From positions 136,352-200,351 of the forward strand of contig NZ_SMGQ01000013.1 in the NCBI RefSeq assembly GCF_004339095.1: 64,000 bases of DNA. Reading direction: 5' to 3'. The notes under the pieces are model-generated. The model worked only from the letters and a program-made list of their open reading frames with translations, made no database searches and was not told where the DNA came from. This DNA comes from Natranaerovirga hydrolytica. Its GTDB lineage: Bacteria > Bacillota > Clostridia > Lachnospirales > DSM-24629. Each line of letters begins with the position of its first letter. The stretch's first letter is position 1. A program made the position numbers and the translations under genes. Below, piece after piece: positions 1-9,081 of the stretch.

Positions 1-18
1 AGATGGAGGTGCATTTAC

Positions 19-291
19 ATGCCAACAATTAGACCAAGCTCAGACTTAAGAAACAAATATAATGAAGTATCGGAATTTTGTCATAAGAATTTAGAACCTG
101 TTTATATAACAAAAAATGGGAAAGGTGACTTAGCTGTTTTAAGCATTGAAGCATATGAAAGACTTGTGGGAAAATATGAACTAAATAAGTTATTAAATGA
201 AGGAATAGAAGATGTTAAGAATAATAAACTTCTGTCAGTAGAAGATTCTTTTAAAAGAATTAGAGAAGGTTTAGAAAATGAAAGAGTATAA
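19..291 (+). CDS. Phd/YefM-family type II antitoxin
   Basis: 90 aa. N-terminal region resembles Phd/YefM. RBS GGAGG sits 7 nt upstream. Its stop overlaps the start of the downstream toxin ORF. Confidence 0.65.
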   Translation: MPTIRPSSDLRNKYNEVSEFCHKNLEPVYITKNGKGDLAVLSIEAYERLVGKYELNKLLNEGIEDVKNNKLLSVEDSFKRIREGLENERV

Positions 292-592
292 AGTTACAAT
301 TACAGAGAAAGCAACAAAGGATATGTATGAAATTACTTCGTATATAGGTAATGAATTATTAGATATGCAGGCAGCAAATAGGTTGTTAGAAAAATTCAAA
401 GTATCTATTGTAAGCTTATCAAATATGCCTAAAAGACACTCATTATTACAAGATGAAGAATTAGCAGGTAGAGGTATTGGGAGAATAGTAGTGGATAATT
501 ATATAATTTTCTATATTTGTTCTGATAAAGATAAAGTAGTGAGATTGATTAGAGTATTATACCATAAAAGAGATTGGGTAACTTTGATATAG
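278..592 (+). CDS. RelE/ParE-family type II toxin
   Basis: 104 aa. Overlaps the upstream antitoxin by 14 nt. Size and C-terminal basic/aromatic pattern fit RelE/ParE. Confidence 0.65.
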   Translation: MKEYKVTITEKATKDMYEITSYIGNELLDMQAANRLLEKFKVSIVSLSNMPKRHSLLQDEELAGRGIGRIVVDNYIIFYICSDKDKVVRLIRVLYHKRDWVTLI

Positions 593-617
593 CTTGGTAT
601 CGTCCGCTGTCACCATC

Positions 618-735
618 ATATAACAAGATTATTCCCATTCACTACGTACATTCCTTCACTGGGTGCAAGCACCGTCTACGGAGAAGGGCTCTGCGTGTTC
701 AGATCAGGAACGTTGGGAATAACAAAACGTTATCT
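618..735 (+). repeat. attC-like site 1 (cassette recombination site, imperfect palindrome)
   Basis: ATATAAC (618-624) ... TTATTCCC (629-636) ... GGGAATAA (714-721) ... GTTATCT (729-735). The outer and inner boxes are exact inverse complements. The internal arms CATTCCTTCACTGG and CCAGATCAGGAACG pair imperfectly, leaving unpaired bases. Confidence 0.75.
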
Positions 736-822
736 GACATTCTCTATGTGCAAAATTTTAATGTATTTTGTAATAAGTTAATGGTATAATTAATAAAAGA
801 ATATATTTGGTGGGGTGAAATT

Positions 823-1002
823 ATGGGTCAAGCTAAAATGGATGCAATCGAAACTTTAAATAGACTGCCCGATGAAGCTTCTTGGGAAGAAATAATGTAT
901 GAATTATATGTTACAAAAAAAGTGAATCAAGCTAGAGAACAAGTTGCTAGAGGTGAATTTGTGACACATGAAGAAGCTAAAAAAAGATTGTTGAAATCAT
1001 GA
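823..1002 (+). CDS. small antitoxin-like protein (putative addiction-module component)
   Basis: 59 aa. The ORF is not in the supplied track because it is under 60 aa. RBS GGTGGGGTG. Its stop overlaps the ATG of the downstream RelE-like ORF (ATGA). Confidence 0.5.
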   Translation: MGQAKMDAIETLNRLPDEASWEEIMYELYVTKKVNQAREQVARGEFVTHEEAKKRLLKS

Positions 1003-1285
1003 AGATAATATGGTCTAACGATTCTTTAGGTGACGTAGATAGAATCAGAGAATATATTAGTCAAGATACGGAGTTTTATGCTCAAATTTTTGTTGAGAAG
1101 ATAATTCAGATAACAGAAAGATTAAAAAATTTCCAATGTCAGGAAGGGTTGTACCTGAGTTTCCAAATGAAAGTATTAGGGAAATTATATTTAGAACCTA
1201 TAGGATTATATATGAGATTACAGAAGAAAATATAATAATATTATCAGTTATACATGGAAGCAAATTATTAGATGACAGAGATTAA
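999..1285 (+). pseudogene. RelE/ParE-family toxin, frameshifted in an A6 run
   Basis: The N-terminal 44 aa are in frame 0. The C-terminus (PMSGRVVPEFPNESIREIIFRTYRIIYEITEENIIILSVIHGSKLLDDRD) is in frame -1. The junction is the A6 run at 1124-1129; an A7 would restore RLKKFPMSGRVVPEF. Confidence 0.6.
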
Positions 1286-1343
1286 ATGACATTATAGAGA
1301 TGGGCTATATGTCATTTTTTTTATGGACAAACAGTCGAACATC

Positions 1344-1434
1344 AGATAACAATGCATCGCCGTTAGCTTTTGCATGTGAAGACTGAAAAAGCACACCCTT
1401 TCACCAAGTGCGTCGGCGATGCGAACCGTTATAC
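1344..1434 (+). repeat. attC-like site 2
   Basis: AGATAAC-AAT-GCATCGCCG ... CGGCGATGC-GAACC-GTTATAC. The R and L boxes are perfect inverse complements. The centre is unrelated to site 1. Confidence 0.7.
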
Positions 1435-1545
1435 GCAATAACTAACTATTAACAAGAGAAAAATTGAGTAAGAACAATTTGTATCAGTAAGCATTTAAGG
1501 GTATTATTAGACTATAATATAATACAAAATGAAGGCGGGCGAACT

Positions 1546-2274
1546 ATGTTTGAATTAATTGATGAAAAAAAGAAGGAAATAGGTAGAAAAAGACCTTTAT
1601 CTACTAATACAGTAAAAAGCATAAGAGAGAAACTCAATCTAGATTGGACATATAATTCTAATGCAATTGAAGGAAATACATTAACATTAGTAGAAACAAA
1701 AGTTGTTCTTGAAGGGATAACAGTTGGTGGAAAGTCTATGAGAGAGCATTTAGAGGTAATTAACCATAAAGATGCAATTCTATATGTTGAAGACATAGTA
1801 AATAAGGAAGAACAACTCTCACAGATACAAATAAAAAATATTCATAAATTGGTTCTTAAAGGAGTTAATGACGAGTATGCAGGAAGATATAGAAGTGAAG
1901 ACGTAATAATTGCAGGTGCAGAACACATACCACCTAATCATTTTAAGTTAGTTGACGAAATGGAAAAATTTATGGAATGGTATTGGAATGAAGGAATAAA
2001 CTTACATCCAGTAGAAAGAGCTGCAAGAGTTCATGTCGATTTTGTTAAGATACATCCATTTATAGATGGTAATGGTAGAACAGCAAGGTTACTACTAAAC
2101 TTAGAATTGTTGAAAGAAGGTTATCCACCAATAATTATAAGAAATGAAGATAGGGTTAAATATTATAATTTACTTTATAAAGCTCATATAAAAGGAGATT
2201 ATGAAGAATTCATTTCCTTAGTAGCTGAAGAATTAGAAAAAAGTCTTGATTTATATTTGAAATTAATAAATTAA
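1546..2274 (+). CDS. Fic-family protein (adenylyltransferase/AMPylator-like)
   Basis: Canonical Fic motif HPFIDGNGRTARLL. 242 aa. Confidence 0.85.
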   Translation: MFELIDEKKKEIGRKRPLSTNTVKSIREKLNLDWTYNSNAIEGNTLTLVETKVVLEGITVGGKSMREHLEVINHKDAILYVEDIVNKEEQLSQIQIKNIHKLVLKGVNDEYAGRYRSEDVIIAGAEHIPPNHFKLVDEMEKFMEWYWNEGINLHPVERAARVHVDFVKIHPFIDGNGRTARLLLNLELLKEGYPPIIIRNEDRVKYYNLLYKAHIKGDYEEFISLVAEELEKSLDLYLKLIN

Positions 2275-2292
2275 ATTATCATGGAGTATTCC

Positions 2293-2389
2293 GTTAGTTA
2301 CAGCATTCCTTCACTGGGTGCAAGCACCGCCTACGGAGAGTTGCCCTGAGGATCCAGTTCAGGAACGTCGGTAATAATAAAACTTATCC
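2293..2389 (+). repeat. attC-like site 3 (R boxes degenerate)
   Basis: Shares CATTCCTTCACTGGGTGCAAGCACC...CCAGTTCAGGAACGTCGG with sites 1 and 5. It ends CTTATCC. Confidence 0.55.
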
Positions 2390-2518
2390 GAAACCATACA
2401 CCATATACAACGATCGTGGCGTCCTGAAGAAGATTGGGGAAGGATACTTCAAGAGATGATTAATACATAGTTATATGATTATGTGTATTGATAAATGTTA
2501 AAGGTTAGAAGGAGTTGA

Positions 2519-2722
2519 GTGAATATGACTGACAAAAATAATAATAATGATGAGAACTCATATGTGGGATTTGGAGTTGCATTTGGATTGCTTGGAGGCG
2601 CTACACTTTCATCTATTGTTGGCATATTTTTTGATTTTCCACTAATCTGGGCTTTTGGACCTGGATTTGGAATGCTTATTGGAATAGTAATAAGCTCAAT
2701 AATGGATTCATTTAAAGATTAG
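2519..2722 (+). CDS. small glycine-zipper membrane protein
   Basis: 67 aa with GxxxG-rich hydrophobic segments. RBS AGGAG. Confidence 0.4.
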   Translation: MNMTDKNNNNDENSYVGFGVAFGLLGGATLSSIVGIFFDFPLIWAFGPGFGMLIGIVISSIMDSFKD

Positions 2723-2789
2723 TATAATGTTAGGATTTAAAAAATAGTTGCAGATCTTTTATATAATTGCAGTACAGGTCAAGTGATAT

Positions 2790-2920
2790 GTTTGAGGGAG
2801 CGACATCCTGTCTCCTTCTGAATCATAGGGTATATGGCATCGGAAGACAACCCATCTGCATAAAGGTACGGGGTAGGCAAGAGCATAACCCCATCCACTA
2901 ATCAAAGATAGGAGTTATCT
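2790..2920 (+). repeat. divergent attC-like spacer ending GTTATCT
   Basis: GTTATCT at 2914-2920, followed by the next ORF. Internal dyad symmetry is weak. Confidence 0.3.
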
Positions 2921-2993
2921 AAGACCAGTGGACGTTGCAGATGCTGACTATTATGTGAAATAAGTAAACTGGTTTTTGATAGGGGGAAAGGTT

Positions 2994-3548
2994 ATGACAA
3001 TAATTAATGGTGAAAGAATCAACTTAAAATTTGCATCTATTGACCATATGAGAACTGTATATGATTTGCTTGTCGCTGAAGATATTAAAGATTTTATATT
3101 TAAGGATAATTATCCCGCACCAACATGGAAAGAATTTCAGGATGACGAAGTGGGTTATTTTAATGGTTGTGCAACAAAGGATGGAAATTACCTGTTGATT
3201 GAGTATAGGGGTGAAGTAGCAGGAAGTATCAGCTATGCTAATGGCTACGAAAAACGAAAATACTCTGAACTTGACATATGGTTATCTAGCAAGCATCTTG
3301 GGCTAGGGCTAGGAACTGAGGCTATTTTGCTTTTACGAGAATTTGTTCACAATGAATATGGTATAGATGAATTTATTATTAGACCATGGAAGAAGAATAT
3401 AAACGCGGTAAAAGCATATCACAAATGCGGATTTCATGAAGATACAACATTTGATATTAGCCAATACTACAGTGATGAAGATTTGGAAGAATATGGTGAT
3501 GGTGATTATGGAGTTGAAGAAACGCTAAATTTGGTTATGAGATATTAG
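2994..3548 (+). CDS. GNAT-family N-acetyltransferase
   Basis: Acetyl-CoA-binding motif HLGLGLGTE. RBS GGGGGAAAGG upstream of ATG 2994. Confidence 0.7.
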   Translation: MTIINGERINLKFASIDHMRTVYDLLVAEDIKDFIFKDNYPAPTWKEFQDDEVGYFNGCATKDGNYLLIEYRGEVAGSISYANGYEKRKYSELDIWLSSKHLGLGLGTEAILLLREFVHNEYGIDEFIIRPWKKNINAVKAYHKCGFHEDTTFDISQYYSDEDLEEYGDGDYGVEETLNLVMRY

Positions 3549-3576
3549 TATTTGACTGTTGATGCTTTCTGACTTT

Positions 3577-3693
3577 ACATAACAAGATTATTTCGGTTCG
3601 CTGACGCACATTCCTTCACTGGGTACAAGCACCGCCAAGGAGAAGGACTTTTCAGGTCTAGTTCAGGGACGTCACAAACACGAGCTGTTATCT
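3577..3693 (+). repeat. attC-like site 5
   Basis: ACATAAC-AAGATTATTTCGG ... CATTCCTTCACTGGGTACAAGCACC ... GTTCAGGGACGTC ... GTTATCT (3687-3693). Near-identical to site 1 at both ends. Confidence 0.75.
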
Positions 3694-3731
3694 GACATTA
3701 TTGATAGTATAGAAAGGAGCAAGATTGGAAT

Positions 3732-4214
3732 ATGATTAAGAGTAACAAAATTATTTTTTATACAGTTATTATAAGCATCATGATGTCTTTAATTAACAAT
3801 GTATTACCATTTTTTATTACTACTTATTATTTAGATAATGTAGAGAGATTGAATGGTATACTCTTTAGTATTGAGATAATAATTGCACTAATAGGATTTG
3901 TCTGCGTTGGGATATATATAATTAAAAAAGCAACATTTTCGGATGTAAGAAATGCAACTATAGTCTTTACAATGTACATTGCTATTGCCTTCGTTTTACA
4001 ACATTTCATACAAAGATTAATAGGGTATAGCTGGTTGCTGATACTTTTGTTTTTCCCTATAAGTATGTTTACAGCATTTCCTAAAATTATTATTTGGCAA
4101 ACTAAGAGTCCAATAATATTGTTTGTAATCAGTTCGATTTTATTTCCGTGCATATTTTTTGTAATAAAAGGAATAGCGATAAGTTTCCAAAGCTGGCGCA
4201 ATAACAACAGATAA
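3732..4214 (+). CDS. hypothetical polytopic membrane protein
   Basis: 160 aa with 4-5 hydrophobic helices. Confidence 0.4.
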   Translation: MIKSNKIIFYTVIISIMMSLINNVLPFFITTYYLDNVERLNGILFSIEIIIALIGFVCVGIYIIKKATFSDVRNATIVFTMYIAIAFVLQHFIQRLIGYSWLLILLFFPISMFTAFPKIIIWQTKSPIILFVISSILFPCIFFVIKGIAISFQSWRNNNR

Positions 4215-4227
4215 AAAGTACTCCAGT

Positions 4228-4530
4228 TCGCTTTGCATGAGAGGACTGTAAAGCACATCAGAGAAGTTAAGAGATGAATACTCAAATAGCCCCTATAATA
4301 TAAGTGTTTAAGAAAACCACATCCATATATTTTTGAATTGGCTATTTTAAAAATGGGATTTAAAGCAGATGATTAATGGTTCATTGGTGACTTATTTGAG
4401 TATGATATCATTGGTGCAAATTTTGTGCACAACAGCACCTAAAAGAGTGTTCTCAACATTCATCAGCAATTTGGGTCAAGCTTTGTGAGAGCTGATGGAC
4501 GTTGGAAACACTTGGAACATTAGCTGACAG
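4228..4530 (+). repeat. degenerate attC remnant(s)
   Basis: Fragments TTCGCT...GGACTG and GGACGTTGG...ATTAGCTGACAG resemble the two halves of the site-1 family. Confidence 0.3.
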
Positions 4531-4600
4531 AAAGCACTAGTTTGTAGATTTGCTTGTATTATTAGATTTTTCTTAAGTATATAGAATAGGAGGGAGTTTA

Positions 4601-5389
4601 ATGAATAAAATAGGAGTTATATTGGATTTAGAAGGAACATTAATCAGTAACGGTGAAGCATTATTAGGTTCAATTAAGCTGCTAGAATATTTAATGGAAA
4701 AGAATATTCCTTTTAGAATAATAACAAATACAGTATCAAAATCATGTAAAGAGTTATCCTTTGCGTTTCATAATGTAGGTATTGATATACCAGAGATCTA
4801 TTTTATAAACCCCATTGTTACAGTAAAAGGATTTTTATCTAAAAACCATATAGAATCGTTTTGGTTTGTTGGCTCGAATGATACTAAGAGTCAATTAGGA
4901 ATAGATGGAAAATATAAAGAAATTCCTGAATATATAATACTGTGTGATTTCGAAAACGTTGATTGTAACTATGAATTACTTAATAGGATATTTAGTTATA
5001 TACATAAGGGTTCAAAGTTGTTAACTATGTCACAGTCAAAATACTATTTATCAAAGAGTGGTCCTAAACTGGATACAGGTGCATTCTGTAGCATGTTTGA
5101 GAATATAACAGGAATCAATTCTATCTTATTTGGAAAACCATCTGATAAAATTTATCAAGAAGCAATTAGTCAAATGAATATTGAATCGAGTAAGATTATT
5201 GCTATAGGAGACGATGTTTTAACAGATATAAAAGGGGGCAATAAAATGAGTGCATATTCAATACTTGTTAAGAGTGGGAAGTATAAAAAAGATGATGAAA
5301 CTAAAATAAAGCCAAATAAAGTGGTTGAAAATTTGCTGGAAATAATACCTTTCTTGAAAAAAATAAACAATGAAAAAGATGTACTATAA
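4601..5389 (+). CDS. HAD-superfamily (IIA-like) hydrolase
   Basis: DLEGTL nucleophile motif near the N-terminus. C-terminal GDDVLTDIKGG. Confidence 0.6.
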   Translation: MNKIGVILDLEGTLISNGEALLGSIKLLEYLMEKNIPFRIITNTVSKSCKELSFAFHNVGIDIPEIYFINPIVTVKGFLSKNHIESFWFVGSNDTKSQLGIDGKYKEIPEYIILCDFENVDCNYELLNRIFSYIHKGSKLLTMSQSKYYLSKSGPKLDTGAFCSMFENITGINSILFGKPSDKIYQEAISQMNIESSKIIAIGDDVLTDIKGGNKMSAYSILVKSGKYKKDDETKIKPNKVVENLLEIIPFLKKINNEKDVL

Positions 5390-5487
5390 GAGTGGTAATT
5401 TACATTCAGTGTAGAAAAAGCTAGGTAGAAAGGGAGATAAAAATGATTGTATTTGGTTGTTTAGCAAGGCTTTTTAATAATAGTAGT

Positions 5488-5530
5488 AGCTCTTCAAGGT
5501 CCAGCATAGGAACGTCGGGAAATGTAATGT
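5488..5530 (+). repeat. partial attC (right arm only)
   Basis: GGTCCAGCATAGGAACGTCGGG matches the right arm GGTCCAGTTCAGGAACGTCGG. Confidence 0.4.
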
Positions 5531-5560
5531 GATATTCTATACAATAAGGAGGTTGTTACC

Positions 5561-6016
5561 ATGAAAAAGGTAATTTTGTTTTTATTAGGAGTTATTCCTC
5601 TTGTATTGGGTTTTCTAATACATACTTGGATGATGAAAAATCAAAATAGTGTTTTACCATTTAAATTAATAGGAATTATATTTCTTCTTTTTTGGGTATG
5701 GGTAGGATTTATAACTTGTAAATTTGAAAGAACCCCATTGAAATCAGCAATAATTGCGAACTCACTTGCATTTTTAATGCTTTTATTTATACTGTTTCAA
5801 GAAATAATATTGGGACGATATGGGGCAAATATGTTTGGAATTGTTCCACAATTGTATTACTTACCCTTGGTTAATATTTCTTCTTCCATTGTTGGATTGC
5901 TTTATTCTTTAATGGGCTGGGGAATGCAGGTTTCAGTAATAAGCTTAATGTCATTTTTGTTTATGTTTGGTTCTTATTACTTAGGAAGTTATTTCAAAAA
6001 GCAAAAAAACATATAG
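5561..6016 (+). CDS. hypothetical membrane protein
   Basis: 151 aa with 4 TM helices. RBS AGGAGG. Confidence 0.4.
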   Translation: MKKVILFLLGVIPLVLGFLIHTWMMKNQNSVLPFKLIGIIFLLFWVWVGFITCKFERTPLKSAIIANSLAFLMLLFILFQEIILGRYGANMFGIVPQLYYLPLVNISSSIVGLLYSLMGWGMQVSVISLMSFLFMFGSYYLGSYFKKQKNI

Positions 6017-6232
6017 TATGATAATAATGATATATTAGAGGGAACGGTGAGTGTCGGGAATGGCAGGAACATTAAGTGTCATTCCAATAATCTCATGGGT
6101 CTTCTCAATGATTAAATGGGCACAAGTCTAAGAGTAATCAAGAAAATCAATTCTTTAACCATAGTAGAATGGTTACGGAATTAAACAAGCCTAAGATTAT
6201 TAAAAAATAGATTTATTCATATGGGTTAATAT

Positions 6233-6318
6233 ATGAAATGAAATCGGATGAAGAAGTTGAAGTATTAGCGATTATACATACCCAAAGAAATTTTATATTG
6301 ACTGATAATGCTTAACAT
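6233..6318 (+). pseudogene. 3'-terminal remnant of a RelE/ParE-like toxin gene
   Basis: Translates to ...EVEVLAIIHTQRNFILTDNA*, resembling toxin C-termini. There is no upstream ORF body. Confidence 0.3.
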
Positions 6319-6491
6319 AAAAGTAGTTTCAGATTTACAAAGAGATGTGGGACTACCTTTTTTTGAAAAAAGTAAGTTGTAATGCTATGAAGTCAACAAT
6401 AATGTAAGTGTCAAAGGATTCCTGACTAAAAATATCCAGAATAAGAAAGGATTCTTTTTTATGGTAATGAAATTATGGTGTAAGGAGTAGA

Positions 6492-7130
6492 TTGGATTTG
6501 AAAATATTAGTTGGACAGCCTAAAAGAACAGAAGATTTATTTGAGTTAGAAAATGCTCTTAAAAAATATAAATGTAATTATGTACTCTTTCCTGAGGGCT
6601 ATATTAGTAATGAGTCATTGTTAGTAGAAGCTTGTGAACTCTCAAAAAAGTATAGGGTACCTATATTGTCAAGTTATTTATCAGACAAAGATCAAAGAGA
6701 TAGAGCTTGTGTGATAGATGAATTTGGAAAAATAGTTTTGAGAAGAAAAAAATCCTTAGTTGAAGGTCCACTGTTAAGTCCATCTAAGGCACTAGTAAAT
6801 AACACCCATATTGGATATCTTTTATGTTGTGAAATATTTTTAGAATATGAGAACTTGAATGGTGTACATATGCTTTTTAATCCAATTGGCGTTGGAATGT
6901 TTAGTGAAGAGCAGTTTGCGGAGTGGTCAGAAAGGGCAAAAAAGATAGCAATAGACTTAAAGTGTATAGTTTTGGGAACAAGTCATGGGGATGGATCTTA
7001 TAGAAATTGTGGTACATCAATACCTATAGCGTATGTTTATAATAAAGATGGAACTGAAATTTTTCTTAGTAAAAATGATACAAGAACTGTTATTGTTGAT
7101 TTGTCTAACAAAGAAGTATCTTATATTTAG
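6492..7130 (+). CDS. carbon-nitrogen hydrolase (nitrilase-superfamily) protein
   Basis: E-K-C triad context: FPEGY, RRKKS, LLCCEIF. Confidence 0.55.
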   Translation: MDLKILVGQPKRTEDLFELENALKKYKCNYVLFPEGYISNESLLVEACELSKKYRVPILSSYLSDKDQRDRACVIDEFGKIVLRRKKSLVEGPLLSPSKALVNNTHIGYLLCCEIFLEYENLNGVHMLFNPIGVGMFSEEQFAEWSERAKKIAIDLKCIVLGTSHGDGSYRNCGTSIPIAYVYNKDGTEIFLSKNDTRTVIVDLSNKEVSYI

Positions 7131-7173
7131 TTATTTGCTAGGGTGAGTGTTTCGAAGATTATGAGTCAACATC

Positions 7174-7289
7174 TTATAACAAAATGTCTCCATTCGCTAT
7201 GCCACCCCTTTACTGAGTCCAAGTACTACCTCTGATGAAGGGCTTTGTGGGTCCAGTTTAAGAAGGTGGAGAACAACAGAAAGTTAGAT
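7174..7289 (+). repeat. attC-like site 8
   Basis: TTATAAC (7174-7180) ... CCATTCGCT ... GGTCCAGTTTAAGAAGGTGG ... GTTAGAT (7283-7289), a perfect GTTRRRY. Confidence 0.7.
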
Positions 7290-7390
7290 GACATAGACTC
7301 TTCTTATCGAGTATTATTTTAGGGTTGATAGAAGAAAACATATTGCAAGTATTATATATGCTATATAATGTATATTAGGAGGAAATAGAA

Positions 7391-7912
7391 ATGAAAACTA
7401 AAAAATTGATTATAGCGTTATCAATACTTCTTGTAGTTGTACTTTATATCGGACTTTACTCAAATGGAAATATGGGTGTTTCTAGAAACAGATTAGAAAA
7501 AGATGCTCGTAAGAGTCAAGAAATAGATGCAACTTGGTTGGTTACTAAGGATGTAACGGATAAAATGGGAGCATTATTATTTTACAATAAAGAATTAAAT
7601 CAGCACACTTTTTCGGTATATTTGAAAAGAGATGGTTTTTCATACGGATATTTTTTTGGTGAAGGCGGTTCTTTAAGCTCTAGTGGTTCAGAAGTACAAG
7701 GCTTTTCATATCAAGATAAAGGAATGGCTTTGATTTCAATGAATACGAAAAATGTTGAAGAAATTACATTGAATGATGGGCAAAATATAGAAAGAATAAA
7801 AATAAATCCACTTGAACCTTTTGCAATAATTATTCCCCACAACGTTGATGTGGTACAACTGTATGATTCAAATGGCAAGAGTATTTCGATAGATAATATT
7901 TGGGCTTATTAA
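7391..7912 (+). CDS. hypothetical N-terminally anchored or secreted protein
   Basis: 173 aa with an N-terminal TM/signal segment. Confidence 0.4.
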   Translation: MKTKKLIIALSILLVVVLYIGLYSNGNMGVSRNRLEKDARKSQEIDATWLVTKDVTDKMGALLFYNKELNQHTFSVYLKRDGFSYGYFFGEGGSLSSSGSEVQGFSYQDKGMALISMNTKNVEEITLNDGQNIERIKINPLEPFAIIIPHNVDVVQLYDSNGKSISIDNIWAY

Positions 7913-8025
7913 GCACCAAGTGCAGTTGTGCGAAGGCTTATCAATTTCATAAATCTGAGAAACATTATATGACAGATGTTGCTGGTCTAAAAGCATAGTT
8001 TAACGAACAGATTGGAGCGTATATA

Positions 8026-8190
8026 ATGGTTATTAAGGAAATTAAGGATGATTTAGTTAAATCAGACATTACTGAAAAAATACTGAGAGAGTTACCGGAA
8101 TGGTTTGGTAATGAGAAGCCTCTGTTGGAATACATAGAAGCGTTGGCTTTTTTCCACTTGAGGAGTTTACAGAAACATGGGATGTAGATA
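8026..8190 (+). pseudogene. orphan N-terminal fragment of a GNAT-like gene
   Basis: 54-aa ORF, MVIKEIKDDLVKSDITEKILRELPEWFGNE..., that ends prematurely. Followed by a partial attC. Confidence 0.3.
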
Positions 8191-8252
8191 ATCCTTGCTT
8201 AATAATGGTGAAAAGTCTCATCTGACAAATGATAATGAAAAAGTAAAACAGA

Positions 8253-8292
8253 AGGGTTATGAGGTCCAGTTTAGAATATGATACGATAGGTA
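8253..8292 (+). repeat. partial attC (right arm)
   Basis: GAGGTCCAGTTTAGAAT matches the family right arm. Confidence 0.4.
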
Positions 8293-8362
8293 ATATTGGA
8301 CACAAGTTTAATTTTAAAACCAGTAATATTTCTATAATTGCATATCAAGGAGGGTAACAACA

Positions 8363-8857
8363 TTGGAACCAACTCAAGAATTAATACAAGAATGGAAATT
8401 AGTTTTTGCAGAATACAAGTCACTTTTGCAACCAAATAAAAAGGGGATCAGTGAAGTAATTCAATATTTGAAGCAAAAATATCAAATGAAAGAAGATACA
8501 TCTGAAAAAGCAAAGCAAGTAGTTATAAGTAATATTACTATGAATGAAGTATTTTCAGCGAAGATTCCTAGAGGTAAAGAATTGAGACCTATCGTATTTA
8601 GCATCGTCAATGAAGAAAAGGGAAAAAAATTATATGAAGAACGAGAAGAAGTGTTTAGAAATTGTCCAATTATGATAGGAATGGAATTTGAAACAGGATG
8701 TAATTTTGTAGAAGGTAGCAGTGAGTTAGCAGATGAAATGACTGCTTTTCAAGGATTGGATAAAGACGATCTTAATAATTATTATTTAGTCGCAAATTAC
8801 ATCAGATGCTTAAAGAAGTATGGCATTTTAGAGACTTTTCTTAATAAAAAAATATAA
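8363..8857 (+). CDS. hypothetical protein
   Basis: 164 aa. No recognisable motif. Confidence 0.4.
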   Translation: MEPTQELIQEWKLVFAEYKSLLQPNKKGISEVIQYLKQKYQMKEDTSEKAKQVVISNITMNEVFSAKIPRGKELRPIVFSIVNEEKGKKLYEEREEVFRNCPIMIGMEFETGCNFVEGSSELADEMTAFQGLDKDDLNNYYLVANYIRCLKKYGILETFLNKKI

Positions 8858-8924
8858 AAGAAGTATCTGTATAGTTAAGTAGTTGGCAGAGGTTTTACTA
8901 GGGATCATTTCCGTGTTCAACACC

Positions 8925-9025
8925 ACCAAACAATGTATCTCTGTTCGCTTCGCGGGGTGTAAGCACCTCTACGAAGAAGGGCTTGGCGGATACAGTTCAG
9001 AGTCGGCGGAGATATGAGGACATTA
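8925..9025 (+). repeat. attC-like site 10
   Basis: TGTTCGCTTCGCGGGGTGTAAGCACC ... GAAGGGCTTGGCGGATACAGTTCAGAGTCGGCGG. The GGTG-TAAG-CACC stem is preserved by a compensatory loop change. Confidence 0.6.
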
Positions 9026-9081
9026 TGGGAAAACTAGTACTTTGTGTTATCTAGAAAATATATTTGAGAGGAAATAATGAT

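Noticed and set aside
574-789. 71-aa ORF in the supplied track, one of several that lie entirely inside intergenic repeats (others are 1512-1796 minus and 14275-14457).
   Set aside because: These ORFs are translations of the attC-like palindromes and AT-rich spacers. They have no RBS, the same sequence recurs non-coding in other copies, and on the minus strand they overlap real genes.
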